From assembly GCA_950097015.1 (NCBI GenBank), contig CATNEN010000038.1:18538001-18602000 (forward strand): a stretch of 64,000 nucleotides of DNA, read 5' to 3'. The stretch is from Macrostomum hystrix (taxonomy: Eukaryota; Animalia; Platyhelminthes). Position 1 is the first letter of the stretch. Every line of letters begins with the position of its first letter. Below are positions 25,126 to 37,612 of the stretch, one piece after another. Made by a program: the position numbers and the translations under genes. Below the pieces are notes generated by a model that was given only the letters and a program-made list of their open reading frames with translations, had not been told where the DNA came from and made no database searches.

Positions 25126-26386
25126 TCAAAAGCTGTGTACATCGGATCAGTCCACGGACAGCTTGATCAAAGGAAGCTATGTGTTCTTTAAGCAATCCTA
25201 TTGGGCTGAGAAATTAACGAAAAAACTCACTAAATGTCACAAAATTAAAACAAGCGCCTTCGCTTCTATTCCAATTCAATGCAGTCATTTATTTTCTAGT
25301 AAAAACACACAAACATACAACTACACAATTTCGAAATGTCTGTTATGTATAGATGAACGATCAGTTATTCAAATTTGTCTGCAAAGTAAAACATGATCAA
25401 TTCTGGATTCTTCAAAATAACGCTTCGCACGCCAAAATGAAATAGAAACGAAATTCCAGAGAAAATCGAAGAAAATTACAACCCTATGAATATTTTTACC
25501 TTAACAAAAAAATAAAGAAAATATGTTGCTAAGCTAATGGTTTTTAAAGCATTTAATTTTTTCGTATAAATTTAAAACCTGACAAAACACAACACAGCGC
25601 AACGAAAATGCTAAATAAAAATAAAACAGAATTCATTAAACATTAGTAGTTTAAATACAAAAAAACATACTGGAACATTTTCTAAAACATGATTTTAATC
25701 GGAAAACCACACTGATTTTGAGAACATTTCACACACGAAGAGAAGACGACAGTATTTAGTTATTTCTGCTAATGGATTAAATTGAATCAAGAGTATAATG
25801 AATTCTTCTCAGAGTTCGTAGTCATTTTTCTTTCCAAGCCGATGTTTAGATAATTGTTTTAGTGATAATCAAGGTACAAGATGGCAGTTATTTAGTCGGG
25901 CAGCAAGCCACTATTGTTAATTATAGAATGGAATAGAGAAAAAGTTTCTATCTCAACTTGTTTTCTTGTTTCAGAGAAAATCAAGAAAAAGAGACGACAT
26001 TTTTTTGTTATCAAAGCCATTCGCATGGCTGTGTCGGGAGTGCCAGAATATGTTTTTGACAATATATACACTTTAGGCTAAGTCCAGCTATAAACACAGA
26101 CAGGGACAGACATTCAACCAACAAGTGTACTCACAATCCGAATGGCGCCACAAGCCTTGGAACCGCAGGCTCTAGATTAGAGAAACAAGGGCTTCCAATC
26201 CTTATCGAGTAGAGTTTAAACCACTATCTATTTAGAATACTAGAATAATTATTCTACACATACACACTGCACATACAACTCACTGTTACGGCTTACGAGT
26301 CTAGAAAGTTATAAGGTGTCAATCAATCAATTTATCATTTGACTGGCACAATATTCCAAATCGGCACCCGATATACAACGTGAATT

Positions 26387-26814
26387 CCCTGTAAAAAATC
26401 GGCTGCTTCTTCGGCGGGTTTTTTGTGCAAAATAGGAGTGGAATCTACCAAAATCCCCCCTATCTCGCAAGAGTTACAGAAACCACCCAGGAAGCAGCCG
26501 ATGTAACCGTAAATTGCGGGAAACCGCCGAAGAATCACCCGAACCAGTGGCCCATGGGACAACCAGAGAATTATTTACGGGCGATTCCTCGGCGGTTTCT
26601 GAGCATGGAATCTTCCGAACTGGAGGATTCTTTGGGTGACTCCATTTCGCCACCAAGAAGCACCGAGAAAACGCCCAGTAGGGTAGATTCTAAGCATGGA
26701 ATCATCCGATTGGTATGTTTCCAGCGTTCGGCTGTTTCTTTTTCTGGATTTTTCTGGAAACACCGCAGATTCCAACAGGAATCGCCCAAAGAAACATCCC
26801 TATTTTTTAGCGGG
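26387..26814. mobile_element. Non-autonomous DNA transposon (MITE) with CCC...GGG ends, possibly CACTA/EnSpm-Mirage-like
   Basis: Imperfect TIR CCCTGTAAAAAAT / ATTTTTTAGCGGG, TT on both flanks (possible 2-bp TSD), GC-richer than its surroundings. Confidence 0.55.
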
Positions 26815-27256
26815 TTATTAGTTAAAAAATCATAAATAATTAAAATTCAAAATAAAAATACTGTACGAAATTGAAAGCCTCAACTAATTAATGGAACAAA
26901 AACGATTAAAAAGACATAGTGTTAATCAAACAATAAACACGATCATGTTACGGTCCAATGTTTCTTGTTTTGAAGACAAACGAAAATAATTTGTACATAA
27001 AAAGACGCATCTATTTACAAAATTATTTAAAACAGTAGCCATTTTTTAATTTTCAATAACAAAAATTAAATACAAAATTTACCTGATTTTTTGCCAAATG
27101 AAGGCAAAACGAACGAGCAATTTTACGATAATGGTTTCTGAAGTTTCTGAATATAGTAAAATAAACTAGACAAACATGCATTTCTTTGGTTTTAGAAGCG
27201 CTGATGAATTTTAAAATAGGTTAGGATATAATAAAATTCTAGAATAGCACTTGCTG

Positions 27257-30200
27257 CTAATCCATCATTATATCACCTTCGTCATCCGAATTGTCAAAAT
27301 CTGGCCAAGACGAATTCCTATTGGAATCTGAAGCACCAGAATTCTGGTGCTGCAACTGCTGCTGATGGTTTAACATAGACGGCGGCAATTCGATCGATAA
27401 AGGCATAGAGCGAGCTTGTACACCCGCTAGCACCTGCGACGGAGCTGCTTGAGGATCGTTCAGAATGCTCGTGCTGGTGCTAAACTGGGTCAGGGCTCGC
27501 TGAACAGCTGCAAATAAACAGAAAGGAAACTGGATACGACACGTGATTACCACCACCCACTGATCCTTCAGGTGATTACCACTACCCACTGATCCTTCAG
27601 GTGATTACCACCACCCACTGATCCTTCAGGTGATTACCACCACCCACTGATCCTTCAGGCGATTATCACTACCCACTGATCCTTCAGGTGACTACTACTA
27701 CCCACTAATCCTTCAGGTGACTACTACTACCCACTAATCCTTCAGGTGACTACTACTACTACCCACTAATCCTTCAGGTGACTACTACTACTACCCACTA
27801 ATCCTTCAAGTGACTACCACTACCCACTAATCCTTCAGGTGACTACCATTACCCACTAATCCTTCAGGTGACTACCACTACCCACTGATCTTTCATGTGA
27901 CTGCCGCTCGCAATATCGGCCGTGTTCAAGGTGAAACGAAACAATAGCATTTATTATCTTCAAGAAAACGCACCTGTTCTCAACTTAATTAAGCTGCAGT
28001 GCTGGTCTACCCAGCTCAATACGGAGCGGGCAAAATCGTCAACAGCGTGCGTAGTTACATTGGCGCTAAAAGCGTCAAATAGATCCGATATTATGAGACT
28101 GAACTGCAAAGGCGAAAGAGTGGAAAGTTGAAAGATTTAGACTAAAAATACTATGACGTATTGAAGCTAAAGGTGTAAAAATAATTTAGGCTGAGATAGA
28201 AATGATACTATATATTAGCTAAACTCCTTGCTGCTTGTTGGAGGCGAAACATATAGAAGTTCATAATGCACCCTCCTGCTCTTGACAAGACTGAAGCAAA
28301 TGGTGTGACGAGTGATTACCGCGATTCTCAAAGGTGGAGGAGGACGATTCTCAAAGGTGGCGATTCTCAAAGGTGGCGATTCTTAAAGGTGGAGGAGGGC
28401 GATTCTCAAAGGTGGAGGAGGGCGATTCTCAAAGGTGAAGGAGGATGATTCTCAAAGGTGGAGGAGGGCGATTCTCAAAGGTGGAGGAGGGCGATTCTCA
28501 AAGGTGAAGGAGGATGATTCTCAAAGGTGGAGGAGGGCGATTCTCAAAGGTGGCGATTTTCAAAGGTGGAGGAGGGCGATTCTCAAAGGTGGAGGAGGGC
28601 GATTCTCAAAGGTGAAGGAGGATGATTCTCAAAGGTGGAGGAGGGCGATTCTCAAAGGTGGCGATTCTCAAAGGTGGAGGAGGGCGATTCTCAAAGGTGG
28701 AGGAGGGCGATTCTCAAAGGTGAAGGAGGATGATTCTCAAAGGTGGAGGAGGGCGATTCTCAAAGGTGAAGGAGGATGATTCTCAAAGGTGGAGGAGGGC
28801 GATTCTCAAAGGTGGAGGAGGGCGATTCTCAAAGGTGGAGGAGGGCGATTCTCAGAGGTGGAGGAGGGCGATTCTCAAAGGTGGAGGAGGACGATTCTCA
28901 AAGGTGGAGGAGGGCGATTCTCAAAGATGGAGGAGGGCGATTTTCCATTCTTCCCTTTAAAGAAATTAAAATAAGCAAATAAAGTAATTCTTATCGATCG
29001 CTTACCACATAAAATTTCCAGTTGTTAAGCACGTTAGGCCTCACGTAGGCCTCTTCAAACCAGCGGCGAGCTTCGGCTAAGCGTTCCTCGGCGGCACCGC
29101 CAACACCGCTGACTCCGGCAGCGGCGCCAATGGCCCCGGTGTTTGGCAGCCTTTCGCAGCATTCGTCAATACCGCGACGTAGTCTGGCAATCTCCTGCTT
29201 CAATTGTTCGCTCTCGCGCTCAATATTGGCTCGCTCAGTTTTCAATCGTTGCATGTGATCGGCGGCCTTGTGCAATAGCACCGCTTTGGACACCTTCGCG
29301 TGTGGATTGGCGGCTAAGCTTGGCACAAGACTGTGCAATGCGTCGAATCCGTTGTTAATTGAGAAGCGACGCTTCTGTTCCGGATTTACTTGGACGCTGT
29401 GACGCCTGTGTAGCTGGTAAACCTCGCTATGCTCAAGGGAGCGATGCTGCTGCTGCTGCTGATGCTGCTGTTGGAATGACTAGACAATGGAGCAAAGGGA
29501 GGATTATTTACTTATTGCTCTATTGTAGAATGACAGACCTATTTATCACCTTGAGCCTATTTGCACATACTGATACACAGATACGTACGCAGGCACACAC
29601 TCAACAGTAGGACTACCAAGCCATTTTGCCGCCTGTTTTTACACCCACTGAAGGGGGATTCCCCTCCCCCTACAATTTGTTTGGCAGCGCCTGAACGCTA
29701 ACAGCGTTGGGTGGTGACTGATTGGTTGACAGACTAGGCGATGGCGTACTGTGGTTGAGCTGCGCCTAATATTTAGACTTGATCAGTGAAATCGGAGAAA
29801 TTCGCGTCAGGGTGTCCATAGTGGCCTATTTCCACCTGTTGTAGCCCTTGAAGGTCCAGCAAATCCGTCAAGATAAAGTTAGGTGACCACCGAAAACAGA
29901 GATGATGCAGGCACATTTGGGTGACATGCTGATCAATTTTGAAGGCCTGGCAAGGGTGCACTGGGGCAGTGCTAATTCGTGTATAGGGGTTTATGAAATA
30001 CACTAGCGCTTATGGGAAAAATCCGACCTTCGGCCAGAACCATTGAATATATCGATGGTCTGAAGAGCTTGATTCGTGTTTCAAAAGATGCGCAACAAAA
30101 ATTTGACCCACGTGTGCTTGCGTTGCTCCGTTCGGGTGCAGCAAAAAACCCTCTTGGTAGTTTTACTGTGCCTAATTGTACAATCTACAAAGCTTTTCCT

Positions 30201-32433
30201 CTGTGGCTGCGCAATAATGACGCTTAGCATCCCTTAAATCTAAAAAAACAACTGCCTAACTCACCGATTCTCGAACAGACAGTGATTGTTTCAATTGCGG
30301 CACTGCCGACTGTGACTGAATTTTTTGCTCAGCTGTCATTACAATAGTTCCGCCTAAAGATGGAACCAAAGAGGACTGCGAAGCAATTGTCGACTCCATC
30401 TTCGGTGTGACAGCTATCGAACTTGGCTGCTGCTGCTGCTGCTGTTGAGGCACAGTTGAAAAGCTCGAAGATGATCCTGTGAGGATACTGTACAGAGCTG
30501 GCGAAACGCCTGGAGGTATGGATACTGAGGGCTTCGAACCTGGTTGCGTTTGAGGCTGCGCCAGTGGAGTCGGCTGCTGCTGCTGGCGTAGAGAGGACGA
30601 ACTTGTCAAGTCAATAAAGCAGTTTGCAGTGGTTGCTGGAGGTTTCGGAATAACTGTTGCGGCCTGCTGCTGTTGCAGCAGCAGCTCTGGGTGCTGCAGG
30701 GTAATGCCGACACTGCTCAGATACTGAAGCATGCTATTAACAACGGCAGGTGATGGCGGTGGAACTTTTAACAAAAGTTGAAAAGCATTCACAACCTTCT
30801 GTTGATCGACTGGATTTAATTGCTGCTGCGGCATCTGAATAGCTGGCTCAATCTTAACCATTGAGCTCGGCAGATTTGGGAGAGATATCATTGGTTGTGG
30901 CTGGTGCTGGTGCTGTTGTGGTTGCTGCTGCTGAGGGCGACCAGGATTCGCATGCAATAGGTCCATAAGTGAGACAGGTCCCTGCTCGTGCTTTAACGAC
31001 TGCTGCTGTTGCGACGTAGGCTGCTGCTGAAGCTGAGGACTTTGAGAAAAACTGTAGGCAACTGGTCTAGATTGTCCAGCAATTGAAGTTCCAGCACTGA
31101 CAGGTAATTCCTGTCGTAGCTGATAACTTGTGGGCGGAAACTGTTGATGATATTGATTGGCACTAGAAGATACTGGCGATGGAGCAATAAAACTTTGTAG
31201 GCTAATATGAGCACCGGTGGTTGCTGGCGCCGTCTGAGGCTGATGAAACATTTGCTGTTGGTGCGGTTGGTTGGCGTGTTGCTGCTGATAAGAAGAAATA
31301 ACTGGGGCAGCGGGAGTTTGCTGCTGAGAAGTCAGCAAGGCAAGAATGTCAGTGGCGGAGGCGGCATCATCAATACTAGGCTGCAACTGTAGCAAGCCTG
31401 GCTGAATGAAATCCGAGTTGCCTATTTGGTTGAAATCCTTGGAAGTTGGAAACTGCAGCGGGTCGGATGGTAGAAGAAAGCCTTCCAAATCCAGTTGCAA
31501 GTCAAGAATGTCGTCAAGCAAATTGTTTCCTCCAGAACCGACAACGACACCGATCGCGCCGCTATTGTTAGCGGCCGGACTTCCTGGCCGACCGGAGCGG
31601 CGTTTCAAATCGGCGACAGAATTCTGCGCCAACCAATCGCTATTTGTAGTAATGTCCATCGGCTCCTCGTTAACAGAAGAGACAGTAGACATAAAAGCAG
31701 CAGCACGCTCGCGTTCTAGGCGATGTTTATAAAAAATGCGCCAACGGGAATACTCGCTGCAAACTGTCTCTAAGCGACGCTTCCAGTACTTGCCCTCCAT
31801 GATTACTGCCTCGGCTTTGGAATGCACTTCGTCGGAAAGGGGACTGGCAAACTGGACCACTTTGGGTCGTTTCTGCTTTACAAACTGCAAGTGATACTCG
31901 CGCCAAATTATATTGTTTAGACGAATTTTATCTTTAGTAGTGAATCGCATGCCGCGAAATTCGTTCCACTTGGGACTAGTTAATTTACCTGAGTAGGTTA
32001 GGCTAAGAAAGGCCAGCAACTTTGAAAGTGACTCATCGATTGAGACACTGCTAGAACGCTTACTAAATACTGAGTTATGCTGCTCCTGCTCCTGCTGCTG
32101 CTGCTGACCCAGCGCTTGAACCTGCTGCATTGAGTGCTGCTCTAAGCTCTGAGTTTGCTGCCCCTGATTCTGTAATTCCTGCGGGTTCTGCTGCTTCTGT
32201 TGAGCCAATAACTGCATCTGCATTAGATTATTAGTGCTAGAAGAACCACTGAACACTAGCACAGCCTGTGAGCCAGTGTCAGCAAAGTTCACATCGATTT
32301 CATCGTCCTCTAAACTGCTCTTCATAAAATGGCCTGAGTGAATAGTCTTGGTTGACTCTGCACTGCAGCCGCCGCGTGGACCAGTACACGATCTCAACCC
32401 GCTCTCACTGTAACGGCCTTGCATCTCCACCAT
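27257..32433 (-). CDS. MLXIP: Mondo/ChREBP-family bHLH-ZIP (MLX-interacting protein); exons 30265-32433, 29006-29479, 27974-28103, 27257-27507
   Basis: Mondo conserved regions IHSGHFM, IDESLSKL, LTSPKW..FRG, KIRLNNIIWR, EGKYWKRR, FIQPGLLQLQP. bHLH EQKRRFSINNGFDALHSLVP..VSKAVLLHKAADH. C-terminal NWKFYVFS..WVDQHCSL. Confidence 0.93.
27543..27900. repeat. 27/30-bp minisatellite (GTGACTACTACTACCCACTAATCCTTCAG), Mondo intron 3
   Basis: About 12 copies. Confidence 0.93.
28320..28943. repeat. 23-bp minisatellite (GATTCTCAAAGGTGGAGGAGGGC), Mondo intron 2
   Basis: About 28 copies with a higher-order pattern. Confidence 0.95.
29605..30168. mobile_element. ~560-bp non-autonomous TIR element nested in a decayed SINE-B, Mondo intron 1
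   Basis: 16-bp TIR CAGTAGGACTACCAAG / CTTGGTAGTTTTACTG. Diverged second copy in opposite orientation at ~40230-40721. Confidence 0.8.
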
Positions 32434-34178
32434 TTAGACTGCTCTACTTAATAGACGAAAACAATATTGTCTAGCAGTAAATTGATGAAAATGTACAGGC
32501 GATGCTATGTAATCTTTAATTTATCATTGCACTGCAATCTCTAGAGCCATCATATTGTACTGAAAGGAGTGTAAAATATTTATTTATGTAGTCTTGTTAC
32601 TCAAATTACCACTCTTGTAGAGTAAATAAAAGCTGACAGTTCTTTACTTTGATAAAATTTTAAACCAAACATAACATTTAAATAAGATATTTTAAGCAAA
32701 ATGGATGCAAACAAGACACAAATTTTCAAATACCAATACAAAAATATGATATAGGGCTTTTGTAAGTTTATAACTTTGATATATTTAGCTAGGCCTTTAG
32801 TTTCAATGCAATGCAACAATGAGATGTTCAGATTCACATGCTGAATCTCATATAGTTCTTGTTGGGATGAAAACTTTAAAGCAATAAGAAAACTCAAAGC
32901 TGTCCTCTTGACTTATCTTATGAAGTCCATATGTACTGCTTGTTTATTATAGTTAGAACTTCATTTTTTCATTTCTCTGCTTCACAACTCATTCTCTTTT
33001 TTGTTCTCCTATGATGAGTATATTTGATTGTACAATTATATATAGGCCTATTTCATGGCAAATAACATTTTTAAACATGTTACTCCAAACTATAGCATGG
33101 CTAAGTGTGCCTGCTATATCTGGACAATCTAGACAAGAATGACACTTATGTTCTTAAATATAATTTGTATTCTTGTGTAGATTTCTAATTTTGTATAACA
33201 ATCACATTGAAAAATAACCTCTAAATAAACTATAGCAAGAACTAGGCCATTGATAATTAAGGTCTAATGTAAGGTCTCTAAAATTCAAATTAAAATCTAT
33301 AAGGAATTCAAACTTGGTTTTTTCCCAGTTGAAAAACATTATTTAATGCAGTACCAAGATAGACTTAGGCCTAGATAATTGCAATAGTATATATATACTA
33401 TTGCTTAGATTATATTAAGTGAATGCCAGAAAAAATGGGGAAAATAGATTTGTTCCAAGTTTTGCCAAGGTGACTATATTTTTTATTACATACTATTGCA
33501 TGCCAGCATGGCATACAAAAAACATATAGAAACTAGTTTTTTTTTATTAAAAAAGGACAAAGTTGTTTGTATACTGAATTTAACTAGACTAAATAGTTAT
33601 TAAGATTAAATCAATTTCAAGAATTTAGAATGCAATTTAAAAAAATTATGAACATTTCAAGAGTTGATTTAACATTATATTTTAGTCATGCAAAGTTTGT
33701 AATGATTTATATACATTGAAGTTCATTACTACAGATCTTACAGGTTTTACACTGTTGGTGCTACTATATTGTACAATTAATGTCTATAATGTACTGATTT
33801 AATTATACATAAAAAACAAGTAGCACATTTCTTTTCCTTTTAAATGCATGAATATACACAATGCATGCTAAGGTGTATGCCAACCCCTTCCCCTTAAAAT
33901 ATATTATACACTAATGCACACAGTACACGCCATGCACATCAGCCCAAGGAAAATGCATCCTAGAATTTTACAGCAAGCACTACATGATCTAGACTTGCTG
34001 CAATTGTGAATTCATTGGCATAGGAAAATTCCAATTCACAAATCATAATCAATCATATAACTATGTTTAACAAAATAAAGGCCTACTAGGCCTAATGTTG
34101 ATACAGAACCTTAAAGTCATAATGCTTACAGAAAGAAAGGAGCCTTCAATACAGATTAGCCCTACATATAATTTATAA

Positions 34179-34645
34179 GGTAGTTGTTATTTGTCCAGTG
34201 AACCAGACAAATAGCCATTTGATTATTTGCCTGGTTAACTGGTTAGGCCTAACCACCCAAGGACTTAATTTCTCCCCTTTCAACAAGCGGGAGCAACAAT
34301 CCTCCCAAAGACCACTCTTGCCCTGCTGAGAGCCATCTTGAGTCTTGACCTCACAAAGACCAAACTATACCATTGAACTAAGTTAGTCCCTGAAACAACC
34401 AAATTTCTGGAAAAGGTTTTAATTTTTTAATTAGCTGATAAGCGAAAATGATTTTAGACACAAACTTGAAATCTGAATGACTGTCCTTTTGCAGCTTGTT
34501 AATTTTTATCTTTCAAATGATAGAGGTTCTCGTGGTAGCGCTACAACCCCTTATAACTTAGTTATAAGTTATAGGCCTAACTTGGTTAACCAGACGAATA
34601 ATCAAACGGCTATTGGTCCGGTTAACTGGACAAATAACAACTGCC
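34179..34645. mobile_element. PIF/Harbinger (Tourist-like) MITE
   Basis: About 70-bp imperfect TIRs (GGTAGTTGTTATTTGTCCAGT... / ...ACTGGACAAATAACAACTGCC) flanked by TAA on both sides. Confidence 0.8.
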
Positions 34646-35791
34646 TAATTATAAACTTACTTAGGTTTTCCTACCTATATACTTTCATTTAGTTAGTTAT
34701 ACAAAACACTTACAACCTATAAAGCATTATATTATTACGTAACTTCGTTGTAAGTCCTATTCTGTGATATTTTCATATTTATTATTAGAAGTTATAGCAT
34801 AGTGACAATGTCAATGCTAATAACATCAACATTAAAGGATTAGGCATATTTGTTTGGTCTAGAAATTATCAAGGACCCGTCAGACGCACACGTGCTACAT
34901 ATTTATATCATATTATATCGAGACTCTTAAATAGGTTGTACACTTAAAAAAGCCACCGCTACTTTATCCGCAACAAAACAACGTTGCTCAAGCTCTGGTA
35001 GAGCCAATATCTTATACCATGTACAAAAAGTTAGGTTGCTGTTCAGATTTTTGTGTATTTAAGTAAACGCTAAAAGTTGTAGAAGTATTAAAACAAACTA
35101 CTTTGCTAAAGTAACTAAAAAACTAATTTAAGAATGCTTGATAAAATGATTAACAAAGCTTATTTATCCTAAAGTAGGCATCATGCGAACGTATCATCTT
35201 ACACACAATATATCCGATGGAAGCGATTCAATAAAACATCTAATTGCTAACAGCGATTCAATATAATTTCTGATTATGGGTCGTTCAGTAGTAGGCCTTA
35301 ACTCTGAAACTCTTAATAGGTTGTTCTTAAGTGCCTAATACTGATTAATGTTGTTGCTTTTTACAGCTAAATAGCTACAGTGTGGTCCTTGGTTTGATCC
35401 CCATGCATCATAATATATGCTAACTGTAGTTTAAATTTTATATTTGTAACAATATAAACCTATTTTCATCCTTCACTTAATTGGCTACTCGGGCCAGCCG
35501 CCTGCAGTGGCTTATTAAATATATTTCTGATCAGAGGCAGTTCAGAATGTTAAGATTGTCGCTATTCGCGGCATTCCCTTCTAGTCGCGCAATGAAATCC
35601 ACTTGTTGCTGTGCACCTGCGACGCGAAGCTGAGCTTTAATTGAAGCAGAGGTCAAGTTATTAGCGCTTCTCTTATTCGGCAATAGAAAGCGAGTATAAT
35701 CAGCATAATAGAAAGCGAGCTGTGATTTTTAGGCTCGATAGCTGCTTATGCGCTGTGGAAGCAAAATGTATAGTGGCAAGTGGGAACTTAA

Positions 35792-36192
35792 CGGTTCTAC
35801 GAAATTTGCATTGACAGCGGGACGTTTGCCAGCCGACGTTTGCCAGCGGAACATTTGCCAGCTAAAGTTGTCTTACACTATAAGTTTAAGTTGCGAATTT
35901 TGTATTTTGAGGCATTCAGCTTCATTTTTTTCAAATACTATAGGAACCTGTGGAGAATTAATTAGCATGCACTATTATAGTTTTGAATGCATCATACTTG
36001 TATTCAACTCTATTATTGAGCCTCTCGTACACACGGTAATCTTATACATGTACTCGTTCAGTAGGTAATCCCATTGTAGCATTCACACAAAACCACAAAA
36101 ATACAAAATGTACAAGTCAAACGTATATATTACGTGTAAATTACAATTAAGTATATTACATTGCTGGCAAATGTCCCGCTGTCAAAGAACCG
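35792..36192. mobile_element. MITE with subterminal repeats
   Basis: CGGTTCT...TTGACAGCGGGACGTTTGCCAGC versus GCTGGCAAATGTCCCGCTGTCAAAGAACCG. TTTGCCAGC occurs three times at the left end. Confidence 0.65.
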
Positions 36193-36786
36193 AAATTTCA
36201 CGTCGGAACGACGGAACTCCACACATGTACTGCATCAGAAATTTCACAAACCAAGATAGCCCAACGTAGAATCGTCGGCGTTGTAAAGCGCTAGTTGTGT
36301 TTCTTAAGGCATCTTGTAATTCCTGCCTCCCAAGTCATTCTAATAATGTAATTTCTACGCATAATTAAGCTCATATACTCAAAGCTACAGCTATTCAATT
36401 ACAAATGAAATGATTTATTCGATTCTAATGCAAATAAAGAAATATTTTTTTGTAAAATAAGTACAGCATGCAGTAATTATACAGCGTATAAATACAAATT
36501 ACATATGAACTTAATTTCAAATATGTTGTAATTAAGTGTTTAGTGGGGAAAATACAAATATGAAAAATACTAAAATGACTCATTTGAGTAGCAACTAAGA
36601 TGAATGCAGATACAATGCTAATTACTAAAGCCATGCAACAACAAAACTTAATGAGAAGCAAGCTAGCCACACAAACCAAAATATATTAATATTAGACTGG
36701 CAGCTGATGAGGACTGAAATGAACTGAAATGACGAGGCGCGTAGCGTAGCTACGAACTGACGTAGCGTAGCGCCAAGCGCCTTAGT

Positions 36787-37612
36787 GCCGAATTTTTATC
36801 GTTTGAACGGACGTACAAGGCATGCCTAATGACGGCTCTGAGGGAGAAAGCGTCTATTGGCAATGCGTCTACGTACTGTCCGATTGATGACTCTGACTTC
36901 CATCGGCTGCGTGTGTATTTCGACCGTACGACACCGACGCGTCTACAATTCGAGGTTCGATCTGTTTAAAATCGTGTATGGATTCGGCTTCAGGGGCCGT
37001 GACTGGCTGAGGGGATTGACGAAGGCCGACGTGAGGATTGACGAATGCGATGGAGTTTGATATATCGACTTGGTGAAGGATGGTGTGGAGAAGACAGTAA
37101 CGGCGGACGCCCCAACCACACGAAAGTCGATCATTTTGGCCGAAACGCCGACTGACCCGAATACGTGTTCGGTTCGTGCGATGGAGATGTACCTTGCAAA
37201 AATACCATATGACTTCGGTTGTCTGTGGCCTAAACCGCTGGAACGAGGGTTTTTCATGGAAGGTTTCTGGTATCACAAGAGCCTTGTACTCGGCAAACAC
37301 TGGCTTAGTGAGTTCATGAAGAAATTGTGTGAGCTTGCGGGACTAAGCAATCGTGCGCACACCAATCATTGCATACGCGCCTCCGTTGTAACCAACTTAA
37401 TGGAGGATGGCGTCATCGTTTCCGAGATTCAAGCCGTGATCGGTCACAAACGAGTGGAGAGCGTTGAACATTACAACAAGAGATTGAAGTTCTCCAGAAA
37501 AGTCAACCTATCCCGAGCAATCAGTGCATGGGCGACTCTCTGGCACTGCGAAACAAACCCTGGCATCGGCTGGTCAGAGCGCCAGCAACGCGGGAACAAG
37601 TTCGACTGCTGA
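36787..37612 (+). pseudogene. Crypton-type tyrosine recombinase (DUF3504/KCTD1-QRICH1-like), disrupted
   Basis: Reconstructed: PIDDSDFHRLRVYFDRTTPTRLQFEV / FGFRGRDWLRGL ... CSVRAMEMYLAKIP ... LGKHWLSEFMKKLCELAGL..HTNHCIRASVVTNL..IGHKRVESVEHY. One frameshift near 36957 and one in-frame TGA at 37058-37060. Confidence 0.85.

Noticed and set aside
36698-36745. CTGATGAG...GAAA hammerhead-like string
   Set aside because: No convincing stems I-III or NUH cleavage triplet.
37070-37612. Phage integrase or bacterial horizontal transfer
   Set aside because: Motif pattern (TPxxLQ, FGxRG, TNHxIR, GHK) fits eukaryotic Crypton/DUF3504 recombinases, and no prokaryotic genes are nearby.
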